64,000 nt of DNA from Octopus sinensis (GCF_006345805.1 NC_043000.1:89032001-89096000); one strand, 5' to 3'; counted from the stretch's first letter, positions 1 through 13,404 are shown. Translations and numbers: made by a program. Notes: a model not told the origin generated them from the sequence alone.

Positions 1-752
1 AGTCGTTGTGTTAAACTTAATCCACTTCCCAGATTAACAGCACCATCGTATCAGTGTTTCTTAAACTTAATCCACTTTTCAGATTAGGACCACCACCTGG
101 TCCTTAGTGGAAAGAGTTAATCTATTGCCAAGATTAACACTACCATGGTTCATGGGTGGTGGGGGTTAATTCCCCATCCAGTTAAATAACATCACCTACT
201 TCTTAGGTCCTTTTCACAAAGTCCACTTTGTCACAGACTTTCGAGCTGGGTCTCGGGTTTGAGGATAACATCTCCTCCTGCTACCAACAGTTTCATGGGC
301 CATGGCAAAAAACAAAAGCAAAATGGATTGTAAGTGATGTTCTCTACTCTCTAAAAAAGTATCACACAACATCTTGTAATCTAACTTAATAAGTTCTTAA
401 TAGGGAAAATGGATGATGAAATTGATGGAGACAGTAGAGATGATCTGGACTTGATGTTGTATGTTTTATGGCATTTAATTTATAACACCACTGCACTGAG
501 TTTCAAATTTCACTGTAGCTTACTGCAAGGCCTCTCTGAATGGGGTACAACAGCAATCTACCAAGTGTTTGTCTTAGACCTGAGTAAAGAGGAAAAGAAA
601 AAGAAATGACAGAGACTCTACATAGTCATTTGGACTATTAAAAATAGCAGCCAAAATGTCCCTCCAATCATACCCTGCTATCTAAAAATGAAAGCCTTCT
701 GAGATTTTGGAAAAGATAAAGGCATGTTGGTCATGCTAGAATTGCCTTTTGA

Positions 753-1150
753 GGCGAGCTGGCAGAAATGCTTAGTAGTATTTTGTCTGCTGTTACGTTC
801 TGAGTTCAAATTCTGCTGAAGTCGACTTTGCCTTTCATCCTTTCGGGGTTGATTACATAAGTACCAGTTATGCACTGGGGTCGATATAATCAACTTAATC
901 TGTTTGTCTGTCCTTGTTTGTCCCTTCTGTGTTTAGCCCCTTGTGGGTAGTAAAGAAATAGGTATTTTGTCTGCTGCTACGTTCTGAGTTCAAATTCTGC
1001 CAAGGTCGACTTTGCATTTCATCCTTCCTGGGTCGATTAAATAAGTACCAGTTACACACTGGGGTTGATATAATCAACTTAATCCATTTGTCTCTTCTTG
1101 TTTGTCCCTTCTGTGTGTAGCCCCTTGTGGGCAGTAAAGAAATTAGAAAT
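753..1150 (+). mobile_element. tRNA-type SINE (my label family B), head-to-tail dimer inside one 16-bp TSD
   Basis: Head GGCGAGCTGGCAGAA, B-box-like GAGTTCAAATTC, tail TAGCCCCTTGTGGG..AAAGAAAT twice; TAGAATTGCCTTTTGA at 737-752 and 1151-1166. Confidence 0.85.
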
Positions 1151-1735
1151 TAGAATTGCCTTTTGATTATAGTCTGCTTCAGTATCATTATTCTGGAAGT
1201 AAATAATAATAATAAGAAACCACCAACAAAGATACTTCAAGAGCAATCAAGTTTTATGAGATAAGGCAGTCTTCTCATAAGATGAGAGAGCTAAAACAAA
1301 GTTTCTCAACTTGCTATAAATAGCAGGCAAATCATCCTCAAAAAACCAAATTATCCTATCATCTTAAAACGATGTGTCTTTCATCTGTGAAGTCACACAC
1401 ATTTATGTAAAGGTGAGATGGCCATGGCTGAAATACCATTGATCATAGGGCTGCTTGATTGTGGCTGACCTGGAGCTAAACAATAATAACAATTAATTTT
1501 TTAAAATTAACCCTTGTTTCTATTTTTATTTATTTATTTTTCTAATTTTTAAATTCTGAACAAGTTTACTGGGTGACAGATATTACTAAAGTAAAGGAAG
1601 AAGAATATGAAGTACTATAATCTCTCGCTCATATTGTGGTTCACCTATCACGGTTCACCTATCGTGGTTTATTATTTAAGCTTACGTCGATTCCTCTGAG
1701 GTGTTGTTTTGTATTTTTGATAAGATTAATATGTA

Positions 1736-2255
1736 CATCATCATCATCGTTTAACATCCGCTTTCCATGCTAACATGGTTTGGACAATTTGACTGAGGAT
1801 TGGCGAACCAGATGGCTGCACCAGGCTCCAATCTTGATCTGGCAGAGTTTCTACAGGTGGATGCCCTTCCTAATGCCAACCAATCCGAGAGTGTAGTGGG
1901 TGCTTTTAAAGTGTCACCGGCACGAGGGCCAGTCAGGCAGTACTGGCAATGGTTACATTCAAATGGTGTTTTTTATGTACCACCTGCACAGGAGCCAGTC
2001 CAACAGCACTGGCAACAACCTCGCTCAAACGTTTTTTCACATGCCACCGGCACAAGTGCCAGTAACCGACGCTGGTAACGATCACGCTCGAATGGTGCTT
2101 TTTACATGCCACCAGCATGGGAGCCAGTTAGCTGCTCTGGCAATAATCACGCTCGGATAATGCTCTTAGTGCTCCACTAGTACGAATGCCAGTCATTGAA
2201 TTTGATTTAGATTTCACTTGCCTCAACAGGTCTTCACAAAGAAAGTTTGGTGTCC
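1736..2255 (-). mobile_element. RTE LINE 3'-UTR fragment (representative; others near 3.3, 9.4, 11.2, 13.85, 41.3, 51.35, 54.65, 59.6 kb)
   Basis: Reverse complement matches the 3' UTR and (GAT)n tail of the RTE at 32.5-33.06 kb (GGATGCCCTTCCTAA.GCCAACCA; AAAAAGCACCAT repeats). Confidence 0.85.
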
Positions 2256-3804
2256 AATGAAGGAAAGGTACGCATAAGTGGGCTGGTTACACCCCTGGCA
2301 TAAGCCACGAGGTTATGAAATTATAAAAATAATAAAAAAATATGGAGTACAGTACTGTTTCTTCTTCGTGAATTTTCACCCATGCGGGGGTTTTGGAATG
2401 TAGCACCCGCAATAGTAGAGGGATTACGGTACTGTATTTTGCCAAAGACATTAGTTTTTTAATTCTGCTGTACCAAATTGCCACCAAAACTGGAAGAATA
2501 TAATGTGAGCAAGAAATATTAACAGACTTAGTAATGTTAAATTTATACATAGTGAGTTAAATGCTATAACTCAACTAGAATTCAAAATTTTATCACTTTG
2601 GCTGAGAGCTCAACACCACCATTTCTTTAGCACAGATATTGCTTAAATGAACCTGTATTATAAGTGAGTGTTTCAAAGTGAAACCACTTCATAAATTGTA
2701 TTACAGAGCAGAATAGCTGAGATTATTGGAAGACAGCTTCACTGTTGCGAATTCCAGATTAAACGCATTTCATCCTATTTTATTATAGCATGATTGATTG
2801 TTAATTTCTCTTTGTTGTTACCACCTCTTGATGTTTGATTGGGTGATTGATGTGTTAGAAAATAAATTGACTTTGTTGTTGGTGCAGCTCATATGAAACT
2901 GTGTCCATAGTTTTAGTGTAGAAACATTAAGGCCCGTAATAAGATCAAGAATCGAATAACTATAACAAAAAAACAAAAAAAAACTTAGTAATCCTACGTC
3001 CAGAAGTTTTTCTTTACATCATCAGCTTTTCTCCTCCCATCAACCACCTCCATGTCCTCCTCCTCCTCCCTCTCAGGCTCTCCTCCTCTTCCTCCTCCCT
3101 CTCTCTCAGCTTCCTCCCCTTTCTCTCCCTCAGCATCCTCATTCTTCTCTCCCCTCTTCCTCCTCCCACTCAGCCTCCTCCACCCCAGCCTCCTTATCTT
3201 CCTTCTCCCCCTCAACCTCCTCCTTTTCTTCCTCTTTCTCTATCCCCTCCATATTCCCCTCCTTTTCTGTATCAGATGGTGTTTATTGAAGCAGATTTTC
3301 TACAGCCAGATGCCCTTTCTGCAGCCAAATCTCACTTGTTTCCAAGCAAGGTAATACTTCTCCATGGCCAGACATGGTTTTGTAGAATATTGGAAATGAA
3401 TGACACTGCTTGTATGACAGTGGCACTCATTTACTACTATTATGTAACGTCAAGGCAGGCAACCAAACACAACACACAAACACACACACACATACATACT
3501 TACATATATAGAAAAATCTGCCTCACTAAACTTTGTCCAACCCATGCAAGCACAGAAAAGTGACATTAAAATGATGACAATGATTATGATGATGATGATA
3601 CACACACACACACACACATTCAACAGGCTTCTTTCAATTTTTTGTCTACCAAATCCACTCACATGGCTTTGGTTGGCTTGATGCTACAGCAGAAGATGCT
3701 TACCCAAGGTACCATGTAGTGGGATTGAACCCAAAACCATATGGTTTGAAAACAAACTTTTCAAGCACACATCCATACCTGCACCTGTTACTCATAAAGT
3801 TTAA

Positions 3805-4024
3805 CCCTTTTGTTACCAACCCGGCTGAAACCGGCTCTGGCTCTGAGTACAAATGCCTTGTTTTCATAAGTTTTGAATTAAAATCTTCCACCAAACCTTA
3901 GTCACACTTTATGTTTCTAACACTGGCTTAGTGATAACTAAGTTATGTTACTAAATTCTCTGTTATATTTAAAGTAATTGAAAGAAACACAGAGCATCTC
4001 AACAGAAATACAGTAACGAAAGGG
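3805..4024. mobile_element. piggyBac-type MITE, 220 bp
   Basis: TTAA at 3801-3804 and 4025-4028; imperfect TIRs CCCTTTTGTTAC / GTAACGAAAGGG. Confidence 0.85.
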
Positions 4025-5280
4025 TTAACTCATTCCCATATGCAAATAAAACACTTTTCACTTAAACAGTACCTTAGTGCCTGTTTATGACTACACACTT
4101 TGGGCCATTGAGTGTTAATTTCCATTGCAGTTATGTAGTACAGTGTTTGTAACAGAATACAAACCTGGTTTTTTGCCTTTGTATTGAAGTCTTTTCTAAC
4201 ATCTTTAGATATATTAATTTGACTCATGTTTTCTGAATCTAAAGATGCTGGTACAGCAGAAATGATCATCAGTATTGTATGGTGTAATCACTAAGGATGT
4301 GATTCTCTTCATTCTTATTCTTGTTGTTTTATACACTGAATTTCTTAACTACACAAGCATAAAGATAACTATTGTATCCATACACTTTTTTACTAGTTCC
4401 AGCTTGGGGGTTGTTACCATACTGGAACACCACCAATCCTTTTTTCTCTACTTCATTGTTGATCCAGCTTAACACTTTAGCACTTAAACTGCCCATATCC
4501 AGCCTAAATATTCTACCTGTTCTATGTTCAAACCAGTTACATCTGGCCTCTCTCACCTCGTTTCAGTCATTTGACTGCGGCCATGCTGGCTGGGGCACTA
4601 TCTTTAGTCAAGCAAATCGACCCCAGGACTTATTCTTAGTAAGCCTAGTACTTATTCTGCTAATTTATGGGGACGTAAACACACCATCATCAGTTGTCAA
4701 GTGATGTTGGAGGGACAACCACAGATACACAAACATACACACACATACATATATTTGACGGTCTTCTTTCAGTTTCCATCTACCAAATCCACTGCTAAAC
4801 ATTTTTCCCAACAAGCTAACAATACTGTTAGTTCAGTATCTTAGTGACAATAATAGAAGTGGTTTCAAATTTTGGCACAATGCAAGCAGTTTCTTGGGAG
4901 GAGGAACATCAAATACATTGATCCCCAGTGTTCAACTGGTACTTATTTTATCAACCTTAAAAGAATGAAAGGCAAAGTCAACCATGGCAGGATTTGAACC
5001 TCAGAACTTGAAGACAGACAAAGAGCTGTTAAGAATCTTCCCTAGCATGCTAACAATTCTGCCACCTTGCTACTTTGTGTGATAATAATGATAATAATAA
5101 ATGTTGTAACATTGACGATGATCATGATGCTGTTGATGGTGATGATGATGATGATAATCACGATCATGATGATGTATGTAACTTGCCATCAAAATTTTTT
5201 TAATGTTTTAAATATTTCCTTTTTATTAACAAAAACTCACCTTTGTTGTTTTGTTTTGTGCTATTAATATTTGTCTTTGA

Positions 5281-5282
5281 AT

Positions 5283-5352
<70 letters not shown>

Positions 5353-5400
5353 GCTGCTGCTGCTGCTGCTGCTGATGCTGCTGTTGCTGTTGCTGTTGAA
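5281..5400. repeat. (TTG)n/(CTG)n compound trinucleotide microsatellite
   Basis: Direct reading. Confidence 0.95.
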
Positions 5401-5652
5401 CAACAAGACAGAAAGTGCACTGTGATTGCAATAGATATGTCATTGGTTGAACGACATTGCGGCAGCAAGCCTGTCTAGTTCAAAATAAAAAGTGATAAAA
5501 ATTCAAAATTATAGACATTCAAATCTAAAGTATGAAAAAGAGCAACTAGCATCCACGTGATAATGGAATGACATCATCAGTCTTTAAGTTTCAATTTTAT
5601 GACAGGCAAAAATAAAAGAGGAAAGAAAAAAGAAAAGGAAAAAGAAGAATAT

Positions 5653-6306
5653 TTAATCAAACAGTTTTGTGTAAATTTGATGATATTCTCCTGTCATTTT
5701 ATTCATTCCTCCATGGCGTGATGTTAATAACCCACAAATGTATTTCTCCTCATGCATTTTGAGAAGTGAAAGTGAAGAGGATTCAGAATATTTTCTGAGA
5801 ATATGCACTTTTGAGTCTTTTTCAAAATTGCAGACATTTGAAACAAAATATTCAGCAAATTCTGTTGAACTATTGTTATTGTGCCTGACATCATATTTGT
5901 GCCCATTAAATTTTTTGTTTAATTGTTCTATTGTACAACCAACATAAATTAAGTTGTGCTTCATGCATTCTGCCGTGTACACTGAATGGGAATCTCTACA
6001 TGTCCCACCTTCTGTATAAATCATAACATTTATGTTATGATTCCAGATGGAATTCACTTGAGTCATGTTGTTGCCCAATGAACAGGGCTTACCTCCGATG
6101 CGGCTGTTATAATATAAAAATGATATAAAGAAGACAATGTTAGTAGTCTTGGAGTCAGAAATAGTTGTATTTTTATTCCATCTAAAGGCTACAATAGGCG
6201 GCTGAAGAAATATCTGTTTGAAACGAGGATATTTATCCACCACATGCTGGTAACATTCATGCAACACTTTTGAAATATCAGCAAAATTTCGGTGCCAGTT
6301 AATCAC
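5653..6306 (-). mobile_element. Penelope-like element, C-terminal GIY-YIG endonuclease remnant (217-aa open stretch)
   Basis: PPIVAFRWNKN linker motif, VYTAEC..IYVGCT..KFNGH (GIY-YIG), E..YI..L.T....GMN C-terminus typical of PLE endonucleases. Confidence 0.9.
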
Positions 6307-6636
6307 TAAAGGAATTCTGTCACAAGCATGAAAGGTTGACTATCTTTGCTATTTCATTTGCTATTTCCTTTAATCATGATTCACTGTAACCATGTTTGAC
6401 ATAACGATCATAATGGTAGAATCATTGGCATGCTGGATGAAATGCTTAGCAGTATTTTGTCCATCACTATGTTCTGAGTTCAAATTCTGCCAGGATTGAC
6501 TTTGCCTTTCATCCTTTCAGGGTCAATAAATCAAGTTCCAGTGAATCACTGGGATCGATGTAATGAACTTATCCCCCCCCCCCGAAAATAACTGCCCTTG
6601 TGGCAAAATTTGAAATTATTATCATTATTATTATTA

Positions 6637-6804
6637 GAGTGGCTGTGTGGTAAGTAGCTTGCTTACGAACCACAAGGCTGCAGGTTCAGTCCCACTGCAT
6701 GGCAACTTGGGCAAGTGAATTCTGCTATAGCCTCGGGCTGACCAAAGCCTTGTGAGTGGATTTGGTAGACGGAAACTGAAAGAAGCCCATCATATATATA
6801 TGTG

Positions 6805-6855
<51 letters not shown>

Positions 6856-7104
6856 GTGTGTGTGTGTGTGTGTGTAAATATATATGTGCGTGTATACATT
6901 TGTGTGTCTGTTTGTCTCCCCCAACATTGCTTGACAACCGATCCTGGTGTGTTTACATCCCTGTAACTTAGTGGTTCGGCATAAGGGACTGATAGAATAA
7001 GTACTTGGCTTACAAAGAATAAGTCCTGGGGTCAATTTGCTTGACTAAAGGTGGTGCTCCAGCATGGCCACAGTCAAATGACTGAAACAAGTAAAAGAGT
7101 AAAA
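6637..7104 (+). mobile_element. tRNA-type SINE (my label family A) with internal (TA)n(TG)n; about 20 full or partial copies in the window
   Basis: A-box TGGCTGTGTGGTAAG, B-box-like GGTTCAGTCC, conserved CCAAAGCCTTGTGAGTGGATTTGG, tail GACTGAAACAAGTAAAAGAG. Copies e.g. 4560-4792, 12460-12820, 23210-23490, 33070-33520, 36010-36410, 42441-42886, 54300-54640, 60700-61050. Confidence 0.9.
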
Positions 7105-7105
7105 A

Positions 7106-7157
7106 ATTATTATTATTATTATTATTATTAGTAGTAGTAGTAGTAGTAGTAGTAGTT

Positions 7158-7189
<32 letters not shown>

Positions 7190-7830
7190 TATTTGAGACC
7201 ATTTTGTTTGATGCAACAAGCTTGTTTCCACAGGATCCCTTGACAGCCATATTGTCATCCCTGTCATCACCAACATCATCGTCATCATATCATATTCATC
7301 AGTATTATTATCATTATCACTACTATCATTGTCATCACATATCATTCTTATAATTTTCATTATTAATGTCATTGTCATCATCACTATTATCAAAATCATC
7401 ATTATCATTATTACTATAACATATTCATCATTGTTTTCACATTTATAATTTTCATCATTATCATCACCATCATCATCATTGTATTCATTGCTATTATCAC
7501 CATTATCATTATTACTATTACATATTCATCATTATTGTCATCCTTATAATTTTCTTTATTAATATCATCAGCATTATCCCCCTCATTCTCATCATCATCT
7601 TCACTGTTGTCATCATCCCCCTCATCTCCATCTTCATCATCTTCATCCTCATCTTCATCATATTCCTCAACATCATTACCAACACTATTGTCATCATCAT
7701 CATCATCATCATGATGTTCGTCAGTATTATTCACCATTATCATTAACTTCATTGCCATTCATCAGTATTATCTTCCTTGTAATTTTCACTATCATTGTCA
7801 TTGTCATCATCAGCAGCAGCATTGATGTCA
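7106..7830. repeat. (TTA)n(TAG)n followed by about 600 bp of decayed (CAT)n low-complexity sequence
   Basis: Direct reading; produces spurious D/M/I-rich ORFs. Confidence 0.9.
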
Positions 7831-9904
7831 CCATTATTTTTGATGACATTTTGACTGGTCCATGCTACAATATCTTTGGATGCATCTATAAGGTCCAATA
7901 TTTTCCAGGTTTTATCTCACTGTTCCTCCTCAGTTTACTTCTACTGGCACTACCACACCACCAACATCACCACCACTACTATCACACTCTCTGATGCTAT
8001 CACAGCCACCACCATCTTTGCAGTTTCATTATAGACCAGAACTACCATCTACTGCTGCATTTGTAGTCACTTTTGTAAATCATCTGTGCATATTCTTAAC
8101 TGTTGTTGTTGTTGTTTAACCCCAGGTTAGCCATAAGTGAGTTGCGGAACTATGATCAAGGGAGTTACAACCATGACCATCCCATCTGTGTTTTATTAGA
8201 TACTAACTTAAAAGCTGCTCTCTGTGCAGAATTTTCAGCTAGCTTCTGTGGAAGGTTAATTGTACCTGCAACCCAAAACTGAACAGAGCTAAATAGCATG
8301 ATTATAATATGTCTATAATGACTACATGCCCCGCCGGTGTTTGATCAGGGGTTTAGGACAGATGAAAATTAATTCTGTATTGTAATCATTCTATTGTTCC
8401 AGTCTCAAGTTGAATTCCAACTGTCAGCCAATTTGTCCCAAAGTAATGACAAAAATAAGGAGGTGAATGTCATTTATCTCCCCCTTGATCTCTGATGTCA
8501 TCTGACAAATGCCAGCCAAGATGGCATGAATCAGCCAAGCCTTACCTGCTAGAAATTGCAACCAAAATGCTTTTAAATCAGATCCTAATACTGGATGTTC
8601 AAGAACCAAATGAAGGGCAGATATTCAATCCTGGGATCATTCTCATTCTAAAAAGGTATAATTTGTCTATGCAGATCAGAGCAAATGTAGACTGAAATAC
8701 AAGGGTCCCAGATGGACAGACAGAATTTCACTTTTATTAATATAGATAGCTTATCTAGAACTACATAGAATATCTGATGAATCCTTCATCTTTATTTTTA
8801 AGATCCTCAGGTGTGTTATGAGGGGCATTAAGCTCTGTATCTAGGATTCTTTTCTTTTTCTCTTACAGTGTGTGTGTATCTTTCATTTACCCAGTGCCTG
8901 CTGCCAAACCGTTTGAGTACACTCATCTTCTACTTCTCATGTTAACATATTAACTCTCTTCTCTCTGTCGCTCTTCTAAAGTCTCTCACCCTCTCTCTAT
9001 ACAATGTAAAATATGATTGGAGAAATCAGTAAATCAACAAACCAACCTTTATATCAGCTTGTACTGCTGCCATGAAACAGTTACTCAGTTCACACTGAGA
9101 AGTGGTTTTTATAAGAAAGGTCATCAAGCTGTAGAGGCTATGCCAAAGCAGACTTTGAAGATCAATGCAGTACTCTGGCTCACTGGATCTTGTTGAACCC
9201 TCCAACTTATGCCAACATAGAGTATGTACTTGGCACTGGAGGTGGGGGGGATTTATCTCCCCGCTAGCAATATAAACAAGAATGCATTTTGCACCAAAAG
9301 CCAATATGAAAGGTTCTCTCATGGTGACTACTGCAGTATAGTTTGATCTAACAGAACATTGATGTTTACGTCACTGTCATCGTCATCATCAGTTAATGAC
9401 TGCTTCCCACACTGGCAAGGGTCAGATGTTTTGACAGGAGTTGGCTAGGTAGGCGACGGCACCAGATTTTTCAGTGTCTGTGCTTGCATGGTTTTTATAG
9501 CTGGATGCCCTTCCTAACACCAACCACTCTGCAGAGTGGACTGAGTGCTTTTCACGTGGCACCAGCATAGGTGAGGTGAGTTTTGATATGGTTTTTACAG
9601 TTAGATGCCCTTTCAAATACCAACCACTTTACAGTACAGTATGGACTGGATGCTTATTACGTGACACCAGCATTGGCAGGGTCACCAAGACAAAAATCCT
9701 TTGAGAAGGGAGAGGACATTAGAGGAGATCTTGAGCCAGATGATGAAAGGTTAGAGTGTGACAGAGAGAGAGAAACAGGTATCTTGCTGTAGAGGAGATA
9801 CATAATTACCAATCAAAAAGAGAGAGATTGAGGTCAAAATATTTTATTTCTCAGCATTAATATTGCATCTGTTGCTAATATATATTTTTTAAATAATGAT
9901 TATA

Positions 9905-10215
9905 AAAGGACCCTCTTCGGTCATGAATGACCATGCTGTTGCACCTAGAAAGTTACCCTCTGAGGCAAGGTTGTTTATGGAAGACCAGCAGTCACCCATG
10001 CATACCAGCCTCATCTTTCCACACCACCAATGTTATCCAAGGGAAAAGCAAAGGGCGATACAGCTTGGCACCAGTGACGTCGCAACTCATTTCTACAGCT
10101 GAGTGAACTGGAGCAATGTGAAATAGAGTGTGTTGCTCAAGAACAGAACACCCAGCCCAGTCTGGGAATCAAACTCACTACCTCATGCTTGTGAGCCTGA
10201 CACTCTAACCACTGA
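9905..10215 (-). mobile_element. Third SINE family (my label C); copies at 26420-26530 and 28627-28875
   Basis: Shared block GTCATGA..GTTGCACCTAGAAAGTTACCCTC..GGCAAGGTTGTTTATGGAAGACCAGCAGTC and CAGCTGAGT.AACTGGAGCA. Confidence 0.75.
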
Positions 10216-11741
10216 GCTATGTATCTTCACATAAATTATGCTCATATAGCATTGAAAATTTTGCTAGTAAATTAACACACACAACACTCATTCTATACAA
10301 CTCCCACAATAAATTATACACAATACAGTCACCAATAAATAAAATAACGCAACTTACAGGGTAGCTGCTGAACACAAATGACACCCATACAATTTACACT
10401 GCATATTCTATCCAACGAACAAAACCAAAGGTAATACCAGAAAGAACACAAGAAAGTGATAATAAATCCAACAGATGAAAAAGATGGCAGAAAAACATCT
10501 CTCATTCCTTCAGAAGAAAATTCTGAATCCAATGAGACGCAGCACGGAATGTTGTCAGTAAACAGGTCGCGGTCTCAAAGCAACAAAAATATTTTGACAA
10601 ATTAAATTTAAATGTTGAAGTGAATCTAACAGATTTTGTGTGTTTCTTAAATGGCTTATAAACACCTTCCATGCTGCAATTGTTTTCATTCCAGCACATG
10701 ATCTCAGCTCAGGTCTCTTGCTATGCAAGTACATTTCCGTAACAATTCTGAATGCATTCCAGGAAGTACACACTTGGGGGTACAGTGGAGCCCTACTACA
10801 TGAAACTGTTGTAAATGGAATATTATAATTATGGCATTATGATTTAACTGAATATTATAATTCAGCATAGGTATGACTGCTTGGTTCCCAATCATATGCC
10901 CTCAGGTCCAGTCCTACTGTATAGTTCCTTGAGCCAGTTTCTTTGACTATAGCTCCAAGTTCCAACTGAAACTTTATGAGTAGATTTGCGAGACAGAAAC
11001 TAAGAGAAGTATGTCATGTACATATGTGTGCATGCACAAACACATGCATGTATGTTTGTATGTATGTATGTGTGTATGTGTGTATGAAAGTTTCTCTCAT
11101 GGTGACTACTACAGAATAGTTTGTATGTATTTATGTGTGTGTGTGTGTTCCAAAACTAACTTCGCCTGTGCTAGTGCCAGGTGAAAAGCACATAGTCCAC
11201 TCTGCTGAGTGGTTGGCATTAGGAAAGGCATCCAGCTGTAAAAATCCTGCCAAAACAGACACAGTAGCCTGGGGTAGTCTTCTACCTGGCCAGCTCCTGC
11301 ATGCATGGATGCATAGTAAACAAATGTTAGATGATGATATATATATACACTCACACACGTGTGTGTGTGTTTGTGTGTACCTTGTACATTATGTGATGGT
11401 TGCAAATGAACATCATCACACAAGCATGGTTGTTCTTTTTAAGTTGTCTTTGAAAAAATATCTAGTTATGAGGAAATAATACCCTGTTTTGAAACAAGTA
11501 AGGATTGACATTAGGAAGGACATTCTACCATAGAAAATCTGTCTCAATCATGGAAAGTGGAATTTAAAATGATAATGATGATGATGATGGGCACAAATTT
11601 GGGGTGGAGAGTAATACAGTCAATTTAACAATGCTGATACCAGACTGACACACATTGGAATATTGAAAGATGAAGATAATTTTAAGTGTCATTTAAACTG
11701 GTTTCAAATGTTGGCACAAGACCAGTGCTCAACTGTTATTA

Positions 11742-12294
11742 TTGGATTGTCTGGAAAGTGCGTGCCGATTTTTAAAGGAAAGAAAAGCCCAATAAATACT
11801 TGCCATTACATTTTTAATCAACTAAATATGAACCATTTTGTTGTACAATGCATCTCCATCTTTCTTTTAACTTGAAAATACCCTCTTCCCAGAATTGAGG
11901 TGGTTTCATGGCAAAGAATTCATCAAGGTATCTTTTTACGTCATCCAAGGAATTGAAATTTTTACTATTAAGACTATTCTGCAGAGACCTGAATAAGTGG
12001 AAATCCAAAGGAACAATATCCGTTGAATTTGGAGGGTAGGGTAAAACATCCCAGCCAAGCTGCAGCAATTTTTGTCTGGTTCCCAAAGCATCAAATGCCA
12101 AAAATGAACTTTCTTATCTTCCATTTTAAAGGGTTACAGAATTAACACAGGTTATAGGAACATTAAACTTCTTCCATGGAAAGATAGCTTAAACTGTGCT
12201 CTAAATGGAGGTGTAGTCAAATCCTATTTTATGGACTCAACCATGTTCTAAAATAAGTCAAAAGGTAAGCTACTATAAATCGGCACAAATTTTC
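11742..12294 (-). mobile_element. Internally deleted mariner (Tc1/mariner) transposon
   Basis: ORF 11814-12101 has LPYPPNSTDIVPLDFHLFRSLQNSL (YSPDL region) and GIFKLKERW..QNG.Y; TA + TIR TTGGATTGTCTGGAAAGTGCGTGCCGATTT at left, partial complement AAATCGGCAC at 12277 cut by a SINE. Confidence 0.9.
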
Positions 12295-13404
12295 TTTCAG
12301 TTTCCATCAACCAAATCCACTCACAAGGCTTTGGTCAGCCTGAAGCTATAGTAACAGACAGTTGGCCAAAGTGCCACACAGTGGAACTGAACCCGGAACC
12401 ATGTGGTTGGGAAGCATTCTTCTTACCACACTCTTTCTTTCTTTCTCTTTTTTCTCCTTTAATTGTTTCAGTCATTTGACTGTGGCCATATTGGAGCACC
12501 TTAGTCGAGCAAATCGACCCCAGGACTTATTCTTTTGTAAGCCTAGTACTTATTCTATTGGTCTCTTTTGCCAAACCGCTAAGTTACGGGGGACATAAAC
12601 ACACCACCATCAGTTGTCAAGCGATGTTGGGGCAACAAACACTGACACATACATATATACAACAGGCTTCTTTCAGTTTCTGTCTACTAAATCCACTCAC
12701 AAGGCTTTGGTCGGCCTGAGGCTATAGTAGAAGACACTTGCACAAGGTTCCACGCAGTGGGAATGAACCCGGAACCATGTGGTTAGTAAGCAAGCTACTT
12801 ACCACACAGCCACTCCTGTGCCACAGCCACAAATATTTTCTTTTTTTTAAATGAATATTCATTTAATGATTTTGCATTGGCCCTCAGAAACATCATAATT
12901 ACTAGGTGCAGGTGTAGCTGTGTAGTTGAAAAGTTTGCTTCCTACGTACTTCATTTTGGGCAAGTGTCTTCTATAGCCAAGGGCCAACCAAAGCCTTGTG
13001 AGTGGATTTGGCAGATGGAAACTGAAAGAAGCTTTGCATGTCTGTAAATGTGTGTGTGTGTGTGTGTGTGTGTGTATGCATCCTTACCTTGACATCGCAT
13101 GATAGTTGGAATCGACTGTCAATGTCATACAAATATTGCCATTCATTTCTAATATTGTGTGAGAAGATTGTGTAGTCATAGAGCAATGCTTGGAAACAGG
13201 TAACTGTAAGCGACAGTAATTGTGTCCAGCCATAAAAAAATCTTACTCAGTAAACTGTCTGGCCTATGTAAACATGGGAAAGTGGATATTAAATGGTGGC
13301 AGTGGATGGCAACAGTGGTGGTTATAGTTGTGGTAGTGGTGGTGTGTGTGTGTGTGTGTACATGCATGTGCATGCATGTATTTGCCATGTTTCCTGATAT
13401 TACC

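Noticed and set aside
1565-1620. Possible upstream TSNAXIP1 exon (VTDITKVKEEEYEV)
   Set aside because: Weak acceptor and only phase-0 donors, while the 14087 exon needs phase 1; upstream exon not identified.
2994-3354. S/P/L-rich and R/E-rich ORFs
   Set aside because: Polypyrimidine/polypurine low-complexity tract running into an RTE UTR.
4030-4556. Minus-strand ORFs with a good-looking donor (CCAG|gtttgt near 4176)
   Set aside because: In-frame stops between the pieces, no consistent acceptor, no recognisable homology.
6637-6710. tRNA-like heads with A/B boxes
   Set aside because: SINE heads; no complete cloverleaf or acceptor stem, so not tRNA genes.
7010-7994. D/E/M-rich ORFs resembling an acidic protein
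   Set aside because: Decayed (CAT)n repeat; no splice-consistent exon.
8424-8695. Apparent minus-strand AG..GTAAGG exon and 66-aa plus ORF
   Set aside because: All three frames of the putative exon contain stops; no homology recognised.
10329-10828. Overlapping short ORFs; WKVFISHLRNTQNLLDSL faintly like the TSNAXIP1 N-terminal region
   Set aside because: Wrong strand for the host gene, no splice sites, similarity too weak.
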